Positions 38,309 through 48,134 of a DNA stretch of 64,000 bases are shown here, in pieces. Origin of the DNA: a bacterium (GTDB taxonomy: Bacteria; UBA8248); the NCBI GenBank assembly GCA_965203325.1, contig OZ241875.1:4000001-4064000 (forward strand). Direction: 5' to 3'. Below the pieces are notes generated by a model, which was not told the DNA's origin, did not search any database, and saw only the letters and a program-made list of their open reading frames with translations. The position numbers and the translations under genes were made by a program. Each line of letters begins with the position of its first letter. Position 1 is the first letter of the stretch.

Positions 38309-39295
38309 GTGAAAATTCTGATGAAAGCGGTGCGCGTACATGAATTCAACATGGATGTCCCCATGCGGGTGGACGAGGTGGTAGACGCACGGCCTGCGCC
38401 CGGCGAGGTGCTGATAAAAGCCGGCGCAGTCGGCGTGAACCCGGTGGATTTGGCGATACGGGCCGCCAAGCACCCTTACGCCAAGCTGGTGACGCCCCCT
38501 TATGTTCCGGGCGCCGAGGCGGCGGGAGAGATCATCGCCCTGGGCGAGGGCGTGGAGGGTTGGCGTATCGGGCAGCGGGTGTATGGCCGCGCCATGGGCG
38601 GAAGCTACGCCGAGAACGTACGGCTCGTCGCCGACGCCACGGCGGAACTGCCCGAAGCCTACTCATACGAAGAAGGCGCCTGCATTACGGTGGCGTTCTA
38701 CACGGCCTGGAACGCGCTCGTCATCAAGGCGCAGGCGGGACCCGGTGAGACGGTGCTGGTGCAGGGCGGCGCCGGAGGCGTCGGGATGGCGGCGATTCAA
38801 CTCGCCAAGCGGCTGGGTTGCCGCGTTTTCGCGACGGTGAGTTCCGATGCGAAGGCGAAGTTCTGCAAGGAGATGGGCGCGGACGAGACGATCAACTACC
38901 GCGAGGAGGATTTCGCCGAGCGCTGCATGGAACTCACCGGCGGACGCGGCGTCGACGTCGTCGTCGAGCTTTGCGCCTGCGATAATTTCGACAAGGATTT
39001 GGACGCCATCCGCGTGGACGGGAAAATCATCGTCATCGGTACGGGCACGGGCAAGGGGCCGGGCGCAGAATTCCGGGTGCCCGCGGTCATGACGAAAGAC
39101 GCCGTGGTGCTGGGGCTGGCCGTGGTGAATCTGTTTCCGAAAATGCCGGAGCTGGTGCGCCGCTTCACGCCCCTGCTGCGCGAGGGCGCGTTCCGGATCA
39201 ACGTCGATAAGGCGTCGAGTTTCGAAGAAGCGAACGAGGCGCATGATTACGTTCTGGAGGGTCAGTTTCTGGGCAAGGTCGTCCTGGTCCCGTAG
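38309..39295 (+). CDS. NADPH:quinone oxidoreductase (MDR family)
   Basis: GVNPVD, PPYVPGAE, VQGGAGGVG, GKVVL. Confidence 0.88.
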   Translation: MKILMKAVRVHEFNMDVPMRVDEVVDARPAPGEVLIKAGAVGVNPVDLAIRAAKHPYAKLVTPPYVPGAEAAGEIIALGEGVEGWRIGQRVYGRAMGGSYAENVRLVADATAELPEAYSYEEGACITVAFYTAWNALVIKAQAGPGETVLVQGGAGGVGMAAIQLAKRLGCRVFATVSSDAKAKFCKEMGADETINYREEDFAERCMELTGGRGVDVVVELCACDNFDKDLDAIRVDGKIIVIGTGTGKGPGAEFRVPAVMTKDAVVLGLAVVNLFPKMPELVRRFTPLLREGAFRINVDKASSFEEANEAHDYVLEGQFLGKVVLVP

Positions 39296-39325
39296 CTGCA
39301 GGTCGAGGCGCGAAAGGAGAACGCG

Positions 39326-40300
39326 ATGAAAGCGGTACGAGTAACGCGGTTCGGGCTCGAGCATCCCATGGAGTTGGAGGAGGTGCCAGAGCCAGAGCCC
39401 GGGCCGGGAGAGATGCTGGTGCGGATAGCGGCGGCCGGGGTGAACCCTCTGGAAGTCGCCATTCGCTCGGGCGATCATCCGCGCGCGGGGGCGATGGCGC
39501 TGCCTTATACCTGCGGCACGGACGTCGCGGGCGAGGTGGAAGCGGTGGGCGAAGGCGTCGAGGCGTTTGCGCCGGGCGACCGGGTGTGGGGTCGCGCCTC
39601 CACCGGGGCGTACGCCGAGAAAGGGCTGCTGCCCGCCAGTTCTACGGGCAGGTTGCCGGATGCGATGTCTTCTGCGGAAGGCGCCGCGCTGCCCATCCCG
39701 CTCCTTACGGCCTGGAACGCCCTGATCGTGAAGGGAGAGGCGGCTCCGGGCGATTGCGTGCTCGTGCAGGGGGGAGCCGGCGGGGTGGGCTATCTGGCGA
39801 TCCAGCTCGCACGCACGTTAGGCTGCCGGGTGTTCACGACGGTGAGTTCCAGGGAAAAGGGGGATTTCTGTCTTGCGGGGGGCGCCGAGGCGGCCATCAA
39901 CTACCGCGACGAAGACGTACCCGAGCGCGTGATGGAACTCACTTCCGGCCGAGGCGTCGACGTCGTCGTTGAGAATGTAGGTTGTGATAATCTGCCTTCG
40001 GATCTCAAGCTCAACGCCGTCAACGGCCGGATCGTCATCGTCGGAACGGGGACGGGCAAAGGCCCGGAGGTGACGATTCCGCTGCCTGCGGCCATGGGCC
40101 GGGACGCCCGGATTCTGGCGATCTCTTCGGGCAATCTGAATCCTCTCGTGCCGGGCATATTGAGGCGTCTGGCTCCCTTGCTGGAAAGCGGCGCCATCAA
40201 GCCTCACATCGGGCGGGAACTGCCCTTGGAGCAGGCGAATGAATCGCACGAGGTTCTTTTGAGCGGAAAATTCCTGGGCAAAATCAATTTGGCGCCCTAG
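39326..40300 (+). CDS. NADPH:quinone oxidoreductase (MDR family), tandem paralog
   Basis: AAGVNPLE, VQGGAGGVG, GTGTGKGP, GKINL. Confidence 0.88.
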   Translation: MKAVRVTRFGLEHPMELEEVPEPEPGPGEMLVRIAAAGVNPLEVAIRSGDHPRAGAMALPYTCGTDVAGEVEAVGEGVEAFAPGDRVWGRASTGAYAEKGLLPASSTGRLPDAMSSAEGAALPIPLLTAWNALIVKGEAAPGDCVLVQGGAGGVGYLAIQLARTLGCRVFTTVSSREKGDFCLAGGAEAAINYRDEDVPERVMELTSGRGVDVVVENVGCDNLPSDLKLNAVNGRIVIVGTGTGKGPEVTIPLPAAMGRDARILAISSGNLNPLVPGILRRLAPLLESGAIKPHIGRELPLEQANESHEVLLSGKFLGKINLAP

Positions 40301-40336
40301 AGAGGAATCCCCGCATTTTGAGGAGGTGGATGAGAG

Positions 40337-41026
40337 ATGCTCCGGCTGGGTGATCATGAAATCGACCTGTGTTTGTTCGACGCCTACGGCACGCTGTTCG
40401 ATGTAACCGCTGCGGCGGCGGAAAAACAATCGGAGCTTGGCGATCAGTGGCAGGCGCTCTCCTCGCTCTGGCGGACCAAGCAGATTGAATACACATGGCT
40501 GAGAAGCCTGATGGGCAATCACGCGGATTTCTGGCGGGTAACGGGCGATGCGCTCGATTTCGCCATGGATACGCTGGGAATGAGTGATCCACGCCTTCGC
40601 GAAGAACTCATGATGCTCTACAAACGATTGAGCGCGTATCCCGAGGTGAAGGGCGTGCTCGCAAAGCTGCGGGAAGACGGGGTGCGGGCCGCGATTCTCT
40701 CCAACGGTTCACCTGAAATGCTGGGTAGCGCGGTAAAAAACGCCGGAATCGAAGAATATCTCGAAAACGTTCTATCCGTGGAGAGTGCCGGGATATTCAA
40801 GGTGCACCCGTCGGTCTATCAACTGGCGGTGGATCGGCTCGGCGTTCCCGCCGACAGGATTTGTTTTTTCTCATCGAACGGCTGGGATATCGCGGGCGCC
40901 TCGTATTTCGGGTACCGCGTCGTCTGGGTCAATCGTTTCGGGCAGAAAAAAGAGCGCGTCCCGCATGAAATCGACGCGGAAATCACCTCGCTCGATGAAC
41001 TGGAAAAGATATTGATCCAGAAGTGA
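40337..41026 (+). CDS. (S)-2-haloacid dehalogenase, type II
   Basis: FDAYGTLFDV, WRTKQIEYTWL, ILSNG, SSNGWD, WVNR. Confidence 0.9.
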   Translation: MLRLGDHEIDLCLFDAYGTLFDVTAAAAEKQSELGDQWQALSSLWRTKQIEYTWLRSLMGNHADFWRVTGDALDFAMDTLGMSDPRLREELMMLYKRLSAYPEVKGVLAKLREDGVRAAILSNGSPEMLGSAVKNAGIEEYLENVLSVESAGIFKVHPSVYQLAVDRLGVPADRICFFSSNGWDIAGASYFGYRVVWVNRFGQKKERVPHEIDAEITSLDELEKILIQK

Positions 41027-41030
41027 TGCC

Positions 41031-41615
41031 CTATGATACGTTCAGGGCCTTTCTGAGAGTCTGGATTCTCCCCGCATGGTCCGAATGGTTCACCGGCGGG
41101 AGTTTCTCCGTGTTCGTCACCGGCAATACGATGAAATGAGGACCCGCCTCGGTGAGTATCCGGGGCAGGGCGTCATGAAACACGTCGAGAGCATCAATGC
41201 GCTCCACCTTGCCTTTTCCCGTCGCGCCGCCGCCCTCGAAGCCCGAGGCACGCGCCAGTTCGACGAAATCGGCCCGAGGGGGGAGTTCCTGCCCGCCCAC
41301 CATCTCGTAGCTCCTGTTCTCAAGAAGAAAGACGACCAGGTTTTCGGGCGCATACCTGGCCAGCGTCACCAGCGACCCCAAGCTCATCAGTATCCCCCCG
41401 TCGCCTTTCCAGACGATGGTTTTTCGCTCGGGCCGGGCGATGGCGAGTCCCAGACCGAAATCGGCGGCGTGCCCCATGCCGAAGGCCAGAAAATCGAAAT
41501 CGAGATCGCTTTCCGAGACCAGCGGCCACTGTAGAGTGGCCGTCATCGTCATCACCACGATCTCGTTCGTTCGTCGCTCCGCAACCGCCCGGAACAGTTC
41601 CATGCGCTCTATCAA
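41031..41615 (-). CDS. TPP-binding subunit, sulfopyruvate/phosphonopyruvate decarboxylase beta-like
   Basis: MGHA..FGLGLA, GDGGILMSLG...N..YE..GGQ. Confidence 0.8.
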   Translation of the reverse strand: MIERMELFRAVAERRTNEIVVMTMTATLQWPLVSESDLDFDFLAFGMGHAADFGLGLAIARPERKTIVWKGDGGILMSLGSLVTLARYAPENLVVFLLENRSYEMVGGQELPPRADFVELARASGFEGGGATGKGKVERIDALDVFHDALPRILTEAGPHFIVLPVTNTEKLPPVNHSDHAGRIQTLRKALNVS

Positions 41616-41628
41616 GGTGTCCCGCCTT

Positions 41629-42138
41629 TCAAGGTTTGAACCCGTAGCCGGTGATGACGGCCGCCGGGTACGAAGTTTCCGCCGCCGTCTGGTCCATCAA
41701 CTCGATCGTTCCCAGATCGTCGTCCGACATGAGGTGCCAGGTCGGGATTCTCCACGCCTGAAGCAGCGGCTCCGTGAAGGTATAGGCCGAATCGATCGGC
41801 ATCTTTCCGGCCATCGCCCCGCCGTATCCCCGCCAGCCGACCATCATGCGCAAGGGCACCCTGGGTCCTGCGCCGCAGCCTCTCAGGGAGTCTCCCGCCT
41901 CCATGAGCCCCGTGTTCTGAATCACGAGCAACGGCTTGAGGCCTCCCGTCCAGAGCCCGGCTGCGATGGCGACGGATTCTCCCTCCCGGCAGGGGGTGAT
42001 CAGGTCGATTTCCGAATCGTTTTCCAGCGCATTGTATAGAAGACGGCTTTCGCTGTCCGGGATCATGAGAGCGTGCGTGAAGCCGAGTTCGTGAAGTTTC
42101 CGGACCGTTTTGCTTGCGCTTGCGCCCTTCTCGCTCAA
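41629..42138 (-). CDS. Sulfopyruvate/phosphonopyruvate decarboxylase alpha-like subunit
   Basis: IPDS, CREGES.AIAAGL, IQNTGL, GWRG; probable TTG start at 42138 after AGAGGA. Confidence 0.78.
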   Translation of the reverse strand: MSEKGASASKTVRKLHELGFTHALMIPDSESRLLYNALENDSEIDLITPCREGESVAIAAGLWTGGLKPLLVIQNTGLMEAGDSLRGCGAGPRVPLRMMVGWRGYGGAMAGKMPIDSAYTFTEPLLQAWRIPTWHLMSDDDLGTIELMDQTAAETSYPAAVITGYGFKP

Positions 42139-42349
42139 GTATTTTCCTCTCGAATTAGAATTGCATATTCTTATCTGTCGAGGGGCCATCTTCTGCGCCG
42201 CATAACGCCCAAGTCAAGAGTTCCCGGCGAAATTATCGTGCGTATTGAAACTGCGGGGATATGATAACTTCCTGGAAGTGATATGCTCGATTTGTTCGGA
42301 CGTGATGCGTTTTCCGCACATGGCGCGCTGAGAAAGAAAGGGAGCCGCG

Positions 42350-43378
42350 TTGAAACGACGACCCGTAATCGCCATGACCATGGGAGACCCGGCGGGGGTG
42401 GGGCCCGAGGTTTGCCTGAAAGCCGTCCTGGATGCGGGCGTTCAGAGAAAATGCGCCCCCCTCATCGTGGGCGACATGGCCGTGCTCAGGAAACACGCCC
42501 GGCGGATGAAGATTCCGGCGTGTCTGGCACGGGTAGCTGATGAGGCGAAACTGGCGCAACCCCAAAGCTCGGCTGCCACGCCCGTGATTGATCTCAATAG
42601 CGTCGCTCCTGAACACCGCGTTTTCGGAAAAGTCATCCCCGAATTGGGTGCGGCGGCGGGCCAATACATCGAAAAGGCCGTCTCGATGGCGCGCTCGGGC
42701 CTCGTGGATGCCGTAGCGACCGCGCCGATCAACAAGGAATCCTTACAAGCCGGGGGATACGACTACCCCGGTCATACCGAGATGCTCGCCGACCTGTGCG
42801 GCGGGGGGCGGCCCGTCATGATGCTGGCGCACCGCAAGATACGCATCGCGCACCTGTCTACCCATTGTCCCTTGCGAGTCGCGCTCCGGCGCGTGAAGAG
42901 AAAGCGAATCGTGTACGTGGCGCGTGTTCTGGAGGACGCCCTGCGCTTGCTGGACAGAAAAAAGCCCAGAATCGGCGTTGCGGGTCTCAACCCACACGCG
43001 GGCGAGGGCGGCTTGTTCGGGAGAGAAGAAGTGGAGGAAATCGCGCCCGCGGTCGCGGATTTAAGGGATATGGGCGTCGACGCACACGGCCCCGAGCCTC
43101 CGGACACGATTTTCGGGAAATTGCGCGGCGGCTACTACAGCGGCGTCGTGGCGATGTATCACGATCAGGGGCACATTCCGGGCAAGCTGATGTGCTTTCG
43201 CTTCGACTCCCAGGGACAGGCGAACGTTCGCGGCGTCAACGTGACGCTGGGTCTGCCCATCGTCAGGACCTCGGTCGAACACGGGACGGGATTCCCCATT
43301 GCCGGGCAAGGTATCGCCGACCCCTCCAGTATGGTTGATGCACTTATCCTCGCGGCGCGGATGGCTGTAAGCAACTGA
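42350..43378 (+). CDS. pdxA: 4-hydroxythreonine-4-phosphate dehydrogenase PdxA family
   Basis: TMGDPAGVGPE, TAPINK, GHTE, GLNPHAGE, MYHDQG, VN.TLGLP.VRTS.EHGT. Confidence 0.9.
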   Translation: MKRRPVIAMTMGDPAGVGPEVCLKAVLDAGVQRKCAPLIVGDMAVLRKHARRMKIPACLARVADEAKLAQPQSSAATPVIDLNSVAPEHRVFGKVIPELGAAAGQYIEKAVSMARSGLVDAVATAPINKESLQAGGYDYPGHTEMLADLCGGGRPVMMLAHRKIRIAHLSTHCPLRVALRRVKRKRIVYVARVLEDALRLLDRKKPRIGVAGLNPHAGEGGLFGREEVEEIAPAVADLRDMGVDAHGPEPPDTIFGKLRGGYYSGVVAMYHDQGHIPGKLMCFRFDSQGQANVRGVNVTLGLPIVRTSVEHGTGFPIAGQGIADPSSMVDALILAARMAVSN

Positions 43379-43512
43379 AATTAAAAGATATATTATCTTA
43401 TACTACGGCGATTTTTTTATCGAAAAACCCCGTGAATTTATCGAAATTTTCATCAATTCGATTTTCCCGCCCTTTGGAAGCGGCTCCTACGTATGCAACC
43501 CACACCTCCCCC

Positions 43513-44268
43513 TCACGATCGGCATATGGTAAGCAGGTGCACCGCTTCGGCGCCCGCTTTTTTGAGTTCGCGGGCGCAGGCCGAGGCGGTCGAGCCGGTC
43601 GTGACGACGTCGTCGACGAGGATGCAGGTGGCCGCTTCGATTTTCGGACTCGCCTTGTTTGAGCGAGCACGGAATACGCCCCGCATGTTCCGGCGCCGCT
43701 CCCTGGCGGTGAGGCCCGTCTGCGAGCGGGTCGCCTTCGCGCGTTCGAGTAAGTCCGCGTGGGGGATGCCCAGGCATTCCGCCGTCATGAGGGCGAGCAG
43801 CATCGCCTGATCGAAGCCTCTCGTCCTCCAGCGGGCGGGGTCGATGGGCACGTGCGTAACCACCACGTCGCGCGCGTCTGCATCGATTCCGAATTCCGCC
43901 GCCGCGAGCCCGGCGAGATGGGGCGCGAACTCGCGCGCGAGCTTCGTGAATCCCTGGAACTTGAAGAGGTGGACCGCTTCGCGCAGCGAGTCCTCATACG
44001 CACCGATGGCGCGGGCCATGTCGTAGTGATGCCCGTTTTCTAGGCAATCCGCGCAGACGTGGGCCGGGGAATGGGTGAGGGCGGTCAGGGAGTGAAAAGG
44101 AGTTCCGCACCTGGGGCACCAGGGGGGTTCAAAGCGCTCGAAGGCTTCCGTGCAGGGCGTGCATATCGCGTGGGGGTCGCCGATTTCCATGGAAGCCGAA
44201 CACAAGAGGCATTTCGGAGGGATGAGAAAGTCCGTCGCTGCGCCGATGAGTCTGCGGAGATAACCCAT
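43513..44268 (-). CDS. comF: ComF family protein
   Basis: Double zinc ribbon (CxxC x4), RGFDQ, ILVDDVVTTGST. Confidence 0.88.
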   Translation of the reverse strand: MGYLRRLIGAATDFLIPPKCLLCSASMEIGDPHAICTPCTEAFERFEPPWCPRCGTPFHSLTALTHSPAHVCADCLENGHHYDMARAIGAYEDSLREAVHLFKFQGFTKLAREFAPHLAGLAAAEFGIDADARDVVVTHVPIDPARWRTRGFDQAMLLALMTAECLGIPHADLLERAKATRSQTGLTARERRRNMRGVFRARSNKASPKIEAATCILVDDVVTTGSTASACARELKKAGAEAVHLLTICRS

Positions 44269-44349
44269 GATCCCTGGAAAACACTCGCTTCGGGTCCCGG
44301 GTATGAAAAAATGTGGCCCCCTCGTACGGGCCGGTTGCGGCGAGAAATA

Positions 44350-45507
44350 TTAGGATTTTCTTTTGAGTTGAACCCTTTTGCTGCCCGTACCCTCGCTCTG
44401 CGCCTCGCCCTTGCGGCGGTGGCGGATGAGTTCGGCGACGATGGCGACGCCGATCTCTCCCGGCGTGTCGGCGCCGATGTCGAGGCCGATGGGCGCATGG
44501 ACGCGCTCGATGAGTTCGCCCCTGGCGTAGCCCTTGTCCTGGAGGTGGCGATAGGTGAGCAGCACCTTGCTTTTCGAGCCTATCATCCCGATGTAGCGCG
44601 CGGCCGTCTTCATGGCCCATTCGAGGACGACCTCGTCGTTCGAGTGCCCCCGTGTGATGATGGCCAGATAGTCGGACTCGTCGACCGGTATTTTCTCGAA
44701 GATTTCGGGGAACTCGCCGACATAGAACGACTCCGCCATCGGGAAGCGCTCCTTGTTGGCGAACGAGGGCCGATCCTCGACTATCGAGACCCGGAAGCCG
44801 GCGAGATAGGCCGCCTGCGCAACGCAGAACGACACGTGCCCTCCGCCGAAAATATAGACGAGCGGCTGGCCGGATATGGGTTCGACGAAAATTTCGGTTG
44901 CGTCCGTGAGCGTCGAACGCTTTTCTCCCGCGCGCGCGGCGTCCCTGTTGAACTGCATGAGGGTGGGACTGCCGTTGCGGATGATTTGCGTGCTCTCCGC
45001 CCAGATTTCCGTTGAATAGTCGGGAATCTCGCCTACGGCGCTGCCGTCGCGCCGGAAGAGCATCTTTCTGGCCTCAGGCGCCGGGACGTCGAGGTCGCCC
45101 GGCTGAACGATGGTCGCCAGCGCAGCGCTGCCGCCCTGGTTTCTGATGCGGTTGATCTCGTCGAGCAACTCTTCCTGAAACGCCTGGAAGGGCTCCACGA
45201 GTATTTCCACCACGCCGCCGCAGATGTGGCCGCTGTCTTCGGCTTCCTGCTGGGTGAGGTCGAACCGGAGCTTTTCGGGTTCGCCCGTCTCCAATACGCT
45301 CATCGCGGTTTCCCACACTTCGGCCTCGAGGCAGCCGCCGCCGACGGTGCCCTCCGTGCTGCCGTCCTCGCGCACGAGCATCTTCGCGTCGCCGCTCATG
45401 GGCGCGGACCCCTTGCGGGCCACGACGGTGGCGAGCGCGCCGCTCTGGCCGTCTCCCTTGAGCTTCGCCATCTCTTTGAATACGTCCTTGCTCATTCCTT
45501 GCTCCAC
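44350..45507 (-). CDS. xdhC: XdhC/CoxF-family molybdenum cofactor chaperone
   Basis: LATVV..KGSAP, GTVGGGCLE, ICGG, FGGGHV, YIGMIGS, APIGLDIGA.TP.EI. Confidence 0.9.
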   Translation of the reverse strand: MEQGMSKDVFKEMAKLKGDGQSGALATVVARKGSAPMSGDAKMLVREDGSTEGTVGGGCLEAEVWETAMSVLETGEPEKLRFDLTQQEAEDSGHICGGVVEILVEPFQAFQEELLDEINRIRNQGGSAALATIVQPGDLDVPAPEARKMLFRRDGSAVGEIPDYSTEIWAESTQIIRNGSPTLMQFNRDAARAGEKRSTLTDATEIFVEPISGQPLVYIFGGGHVSFCVAQAAYLAGFRVSIVEDRPSFANKERFPMAESFYVGEFPEIFEKIPVDESDYLAIITRGHSNDEVVLEWAMKTAARYIGMIGSKSKVLLTYRHLQDKGYARGELIERVHAPIGLDIGADTPGEIGVAIVAELIRHRRKGEAQSEGTGSKRVQLKRKS

Positions 45508-45526
45508 CTACGTGAAGTGATGATCG

Positions 45527-46354
45527 CTACGCATCCGGTGCGATCCGCATGAATACTTCACATTCGTTGTTCATACAAGATGTGAAGAGGATGCCGTCCG
45601 CCGGACCATGAGGCTTTCCGGCCAACTCCCATATAGTATAGGCCGTTTTTTCGAGTTTTTCCAGCGAAGTTTCCATATCCGCCTTGTTGATGACGATCCA
45701 CTTGCGCGCGCCGGCCTCCGCCTTGTGAAAAAGACCGAAAGGGTGTGCGCACAGCTTTCCTACGGCCTCGACCGTTATCTCCTCGTCGATCTGCAGGCTG
45801 CAAATGTGCGAAAGCGCCTCGGGACGAAAGACGTGCGTCTGATTCAAGGGCGCGCCCAGCGCGTCCAGCCCCACGACGCCCAGCACGGCGTCGAGATTTT
45901 CGGGCAGTACGGGCTCATCGCGACCCGGGGCCTTGATGGGCAGTCTTCTCGCCCCGTCCGCCTCGATGAGCGTGAGGGCATTACCCAGCGTGAAGTGGGC
46001 AATTTCCGAAGGCGTAAAACCGCTCAGCTTCATGCGTTGCTCGCTCTCCAGGCCCGGAATCGGGGCTTTCCCCTCGCGGCGGCGTGCGAACCACGAGACG
46101 CCGCATGCGTCCATGTAGGGGCGGAGGTTCTTTGCGAGCGTCGCGGCGTCGCCCAGGGCGAGCCCGAGCCCTTCCTCGGGCAGCGGCGCGAAAATTTTTG
46201 TTGTCGTCGTGAGAATCGCAGGTTTTCCGGTTTGCGCATGAAACTGCCTGGCGATGGCCGTCAGCAGGCTCGTTTTTCCGCCTCCGCCGACCGCCGCGAC
46301 GCTCTGGCCAGGCCCGACCCCGAGGGAGCGGACAATGTCGTCTTCCGCTACCAA
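45527..46354 (-). CDS. yqeC: Selenium-cofactor system protein YqeC
   Basis: VGGGGKTS, LTTTTKI, LIEADGA..LPIKAP...EPV, INKAD; probable TTG start at 46354. Confidence 0.85.
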   Translation of the reverse strand: MVAEDDIVRSLGVGPGQSVAAVGGGGKTSLLTAIARQFHAQTGKPAILTTTTKIFAPLPEEGLGLALGDAATLAKNLRPYMDACGVSWFARRREGKAPIPGLESEQRMKLSGFTPSEIAHFTLGNALTLIEADGARRLPIKAPGRDEPVLPENLDAVLGVVGLDALGAPLNQTHVFRPEALSHICSLQIDEEITVEAVGKLCAHPFGLFHKAEAGARKWIVINKADMETSLEKLEKTAYTIWELAGKPHGPADGILFTSCMNNECEVFMRIAPDA

Positions 46355-48120
46355 TTGCGGCTCTCCATGCCGCCGAGCAGCTCGCGCCTCAGGATGTTCA
46401 CGAGTTCGGTGGAAAGCTGGGTGAGGTCCTGCACCACGATGTGGTTGGGGTAGATCTGCTCGACGAACGGGTCCACCACGCCGACGCCGATGACGCGGAC
46501 GCCGAGCTTCTGGAGCCGGTTCACCGTGTTCACGAGGTGGGTCGCATCCCCGTTGGGCTGGCCGTCGGAGGTGATGATGATGATTTTCTCCTCCTCGGGC
46601 CGCTGGATGAGCCTGCGGTAGGCGAAGAGCAGGTGCTCTTCGTCCCAGTTGTTGAAGCGCGGGTATATGTTGACGAGCCTGTTCTTGACCTGGGCGAAGT
46701 GATCCTCGAAACCCTTGTAGATGCGGTGCTGCAGCGGCGAGTGCCGGATGTGGCGGAACTTGAACGCGGGGATGTGGCCCAGAGCCGCCGCCATGGCGGC
46801 TTCCGAACTCTCGGTGGAATAGCCGATGACCTCGAAGGGCACGTCGAGGCGGTCGAGGGCTTCGGCGAAGAATATGGTCGCCTCCCTGGCGGCCATGTAC
46901 TTCGATTCTCGGTTCATGCTGCCGCTCTCGTCCACGAGCAGCGTGAAGCACACGTCGAGCTTCTCAGGCTCTTCTCTTCGGTGGAAGAGATGGAATTTCC
47001 CCAGCCGCTGTTTCCACAATTTCGGGAGGTTCAGCTTGCCCGAGCGGTGCGAGCCGCTGTAGCGTGTGTAGGTTCTCTCCTGGATGATCTGCATGAGCTT
47101 CCACACCAGCACCTTGATCTGGCTGCCCGCATTGTCGATGACTGCCGCGTATTCTTCGGCCTTGCCCTCGGGCGGCAACACGATGGTGCGCTCATCGGGA
47201 TGTTCGGCGGTGGGGTGGATTTCCTTCTTGTTCCCTTCGAGTTCGAACCAGGGGGCGGCCCAGTGCCCGAGCGCCGCGAGTTCCTCGGGACTCAGTTCGA
47301 CCTGCTCGCCCACGTCTTCCTCGTCGATTTCCTCGGCCGCTTCGGGGTGGAGCATCTCGAGCGCTTCGTCGTCGTCGCCCTCCAGGTTCTGGCTCTCGAT
47401 CTTCTGGAGAATTTCCTCGGGGATTTCCGATAAATCCTGATCCTCGCTCATCCGGGAGAGTTGTTCTTCGGTGAGATAGCGCTGGATGGCGTCGTAAATC
47501 TCGTTGGCGCAATCGAAGGCGGTTTTGGGGTCATCGGCGGCGCAGGCGCGGTCTACCAGCGGGATGAGCCTGTGAAAAATCTGGACGACGGCGGAATCGA
47601 ACCAGGCCGCCGGCAAGTCTCCGGGCCTGGAAGAGGGGACGCCGGGCGTTTGCCCGATCCCGGCGAGGTAGATCCCCCACTGGATCTGGAGAAACAAGGG
47701 GAGTTGCCCGCTCATCTGGTTGCGTTCGGCCGCCTCGATGGCCGGGAGGATGAAGGCGCGGAAATTCTTCTTGGTGCCGGGCAACGATTCCGCGAGGCGG
47801 TTTTCGCACCGCGCGTCCTCGAGCGTATGCCATATATGGAAAAGGCCCGGCCTCTCGCGGTTGGCGAGCGCGGCGCGCCCCGCCCAGCGGAACGTGCCGT
47901 GGATCTTGTGGGCCACCTCGATGAGCGTCATGCCCTTTTGGAATCTCAAGACATGCTCGTCGTTCAGACCGCCGCCCAGGCGCGCCAGGGTTTGTTCGGG
48001 GTCTTCGACGTGAATGGCGTCTTCGCCGTTCTTCGCCTTGGGGCCGAAGTTCAAGGCGAGGTCGTAATCGTGCGCGGTTACCTGCGCGAGCGCTTCGAGA
48101 CGGGCGCGTCGGCGTTCCAT
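46348..48120 (-). CDS. VWA-domain protein (NorD/CbbO/CobT-like AAA partner)
   Basis: LEDAR.E, acidic linker, SGKLN, LLVDESGSM MIDAS motif, ITSDGQP. Confidence 0.82.
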   Translation of the reverse strand: MERRRARLEALAQVTAHDYDLALNFGPKAKNGEDAIHVEDPEQTLARLGGGLNDEHVLRFQKGMTLIEVAHKIHGTFRWAGRAALANRERPGLFHIWHTLEDARCENRLAESLPGTKKNFRAFILPAIEAAERNQMSGQLPLFLQIQWGIYLAGIGQTPGVPSSRPGDLPAAWFDSAVVQIFHRLIPLVDRACAADDPKTAFDCANEIYDAIQRYLTEEQLSRMSEDQDLSEIPEEILQKIESQNLEGDDDEALEMLHPEAAEEIDEEDVGEQVELSPEELAALGHWAAPWFELEGNKKEIHPTAEHPDERTIVLPPEGKAEEYAAVIDNAGSQIKVLVWKLMQIIQERTYTRYSGSHRSGKLNLPKLWKQRLGKFHLFHRREEPEKLDVCFTLLVDESGSMNRESKYMAAREATIFFAEALDRLDVPFEVIGYSTESSEAAMAAALGHIPAFKFRHIRHSPLQHRIYKGFEDHFAQVKNRLVNIYPRFNNWDEEHLLFAYRRLIQRPEEEKIIIITSDGQPNGDATHLVNTVNRLQKLGVRVIGVGVVDPFVEQIYPNHIVVQDLTQLSTELVNILRRELLGGMESRNW

Positions 48121-48134
48121 GCCTCATCCCCCGG

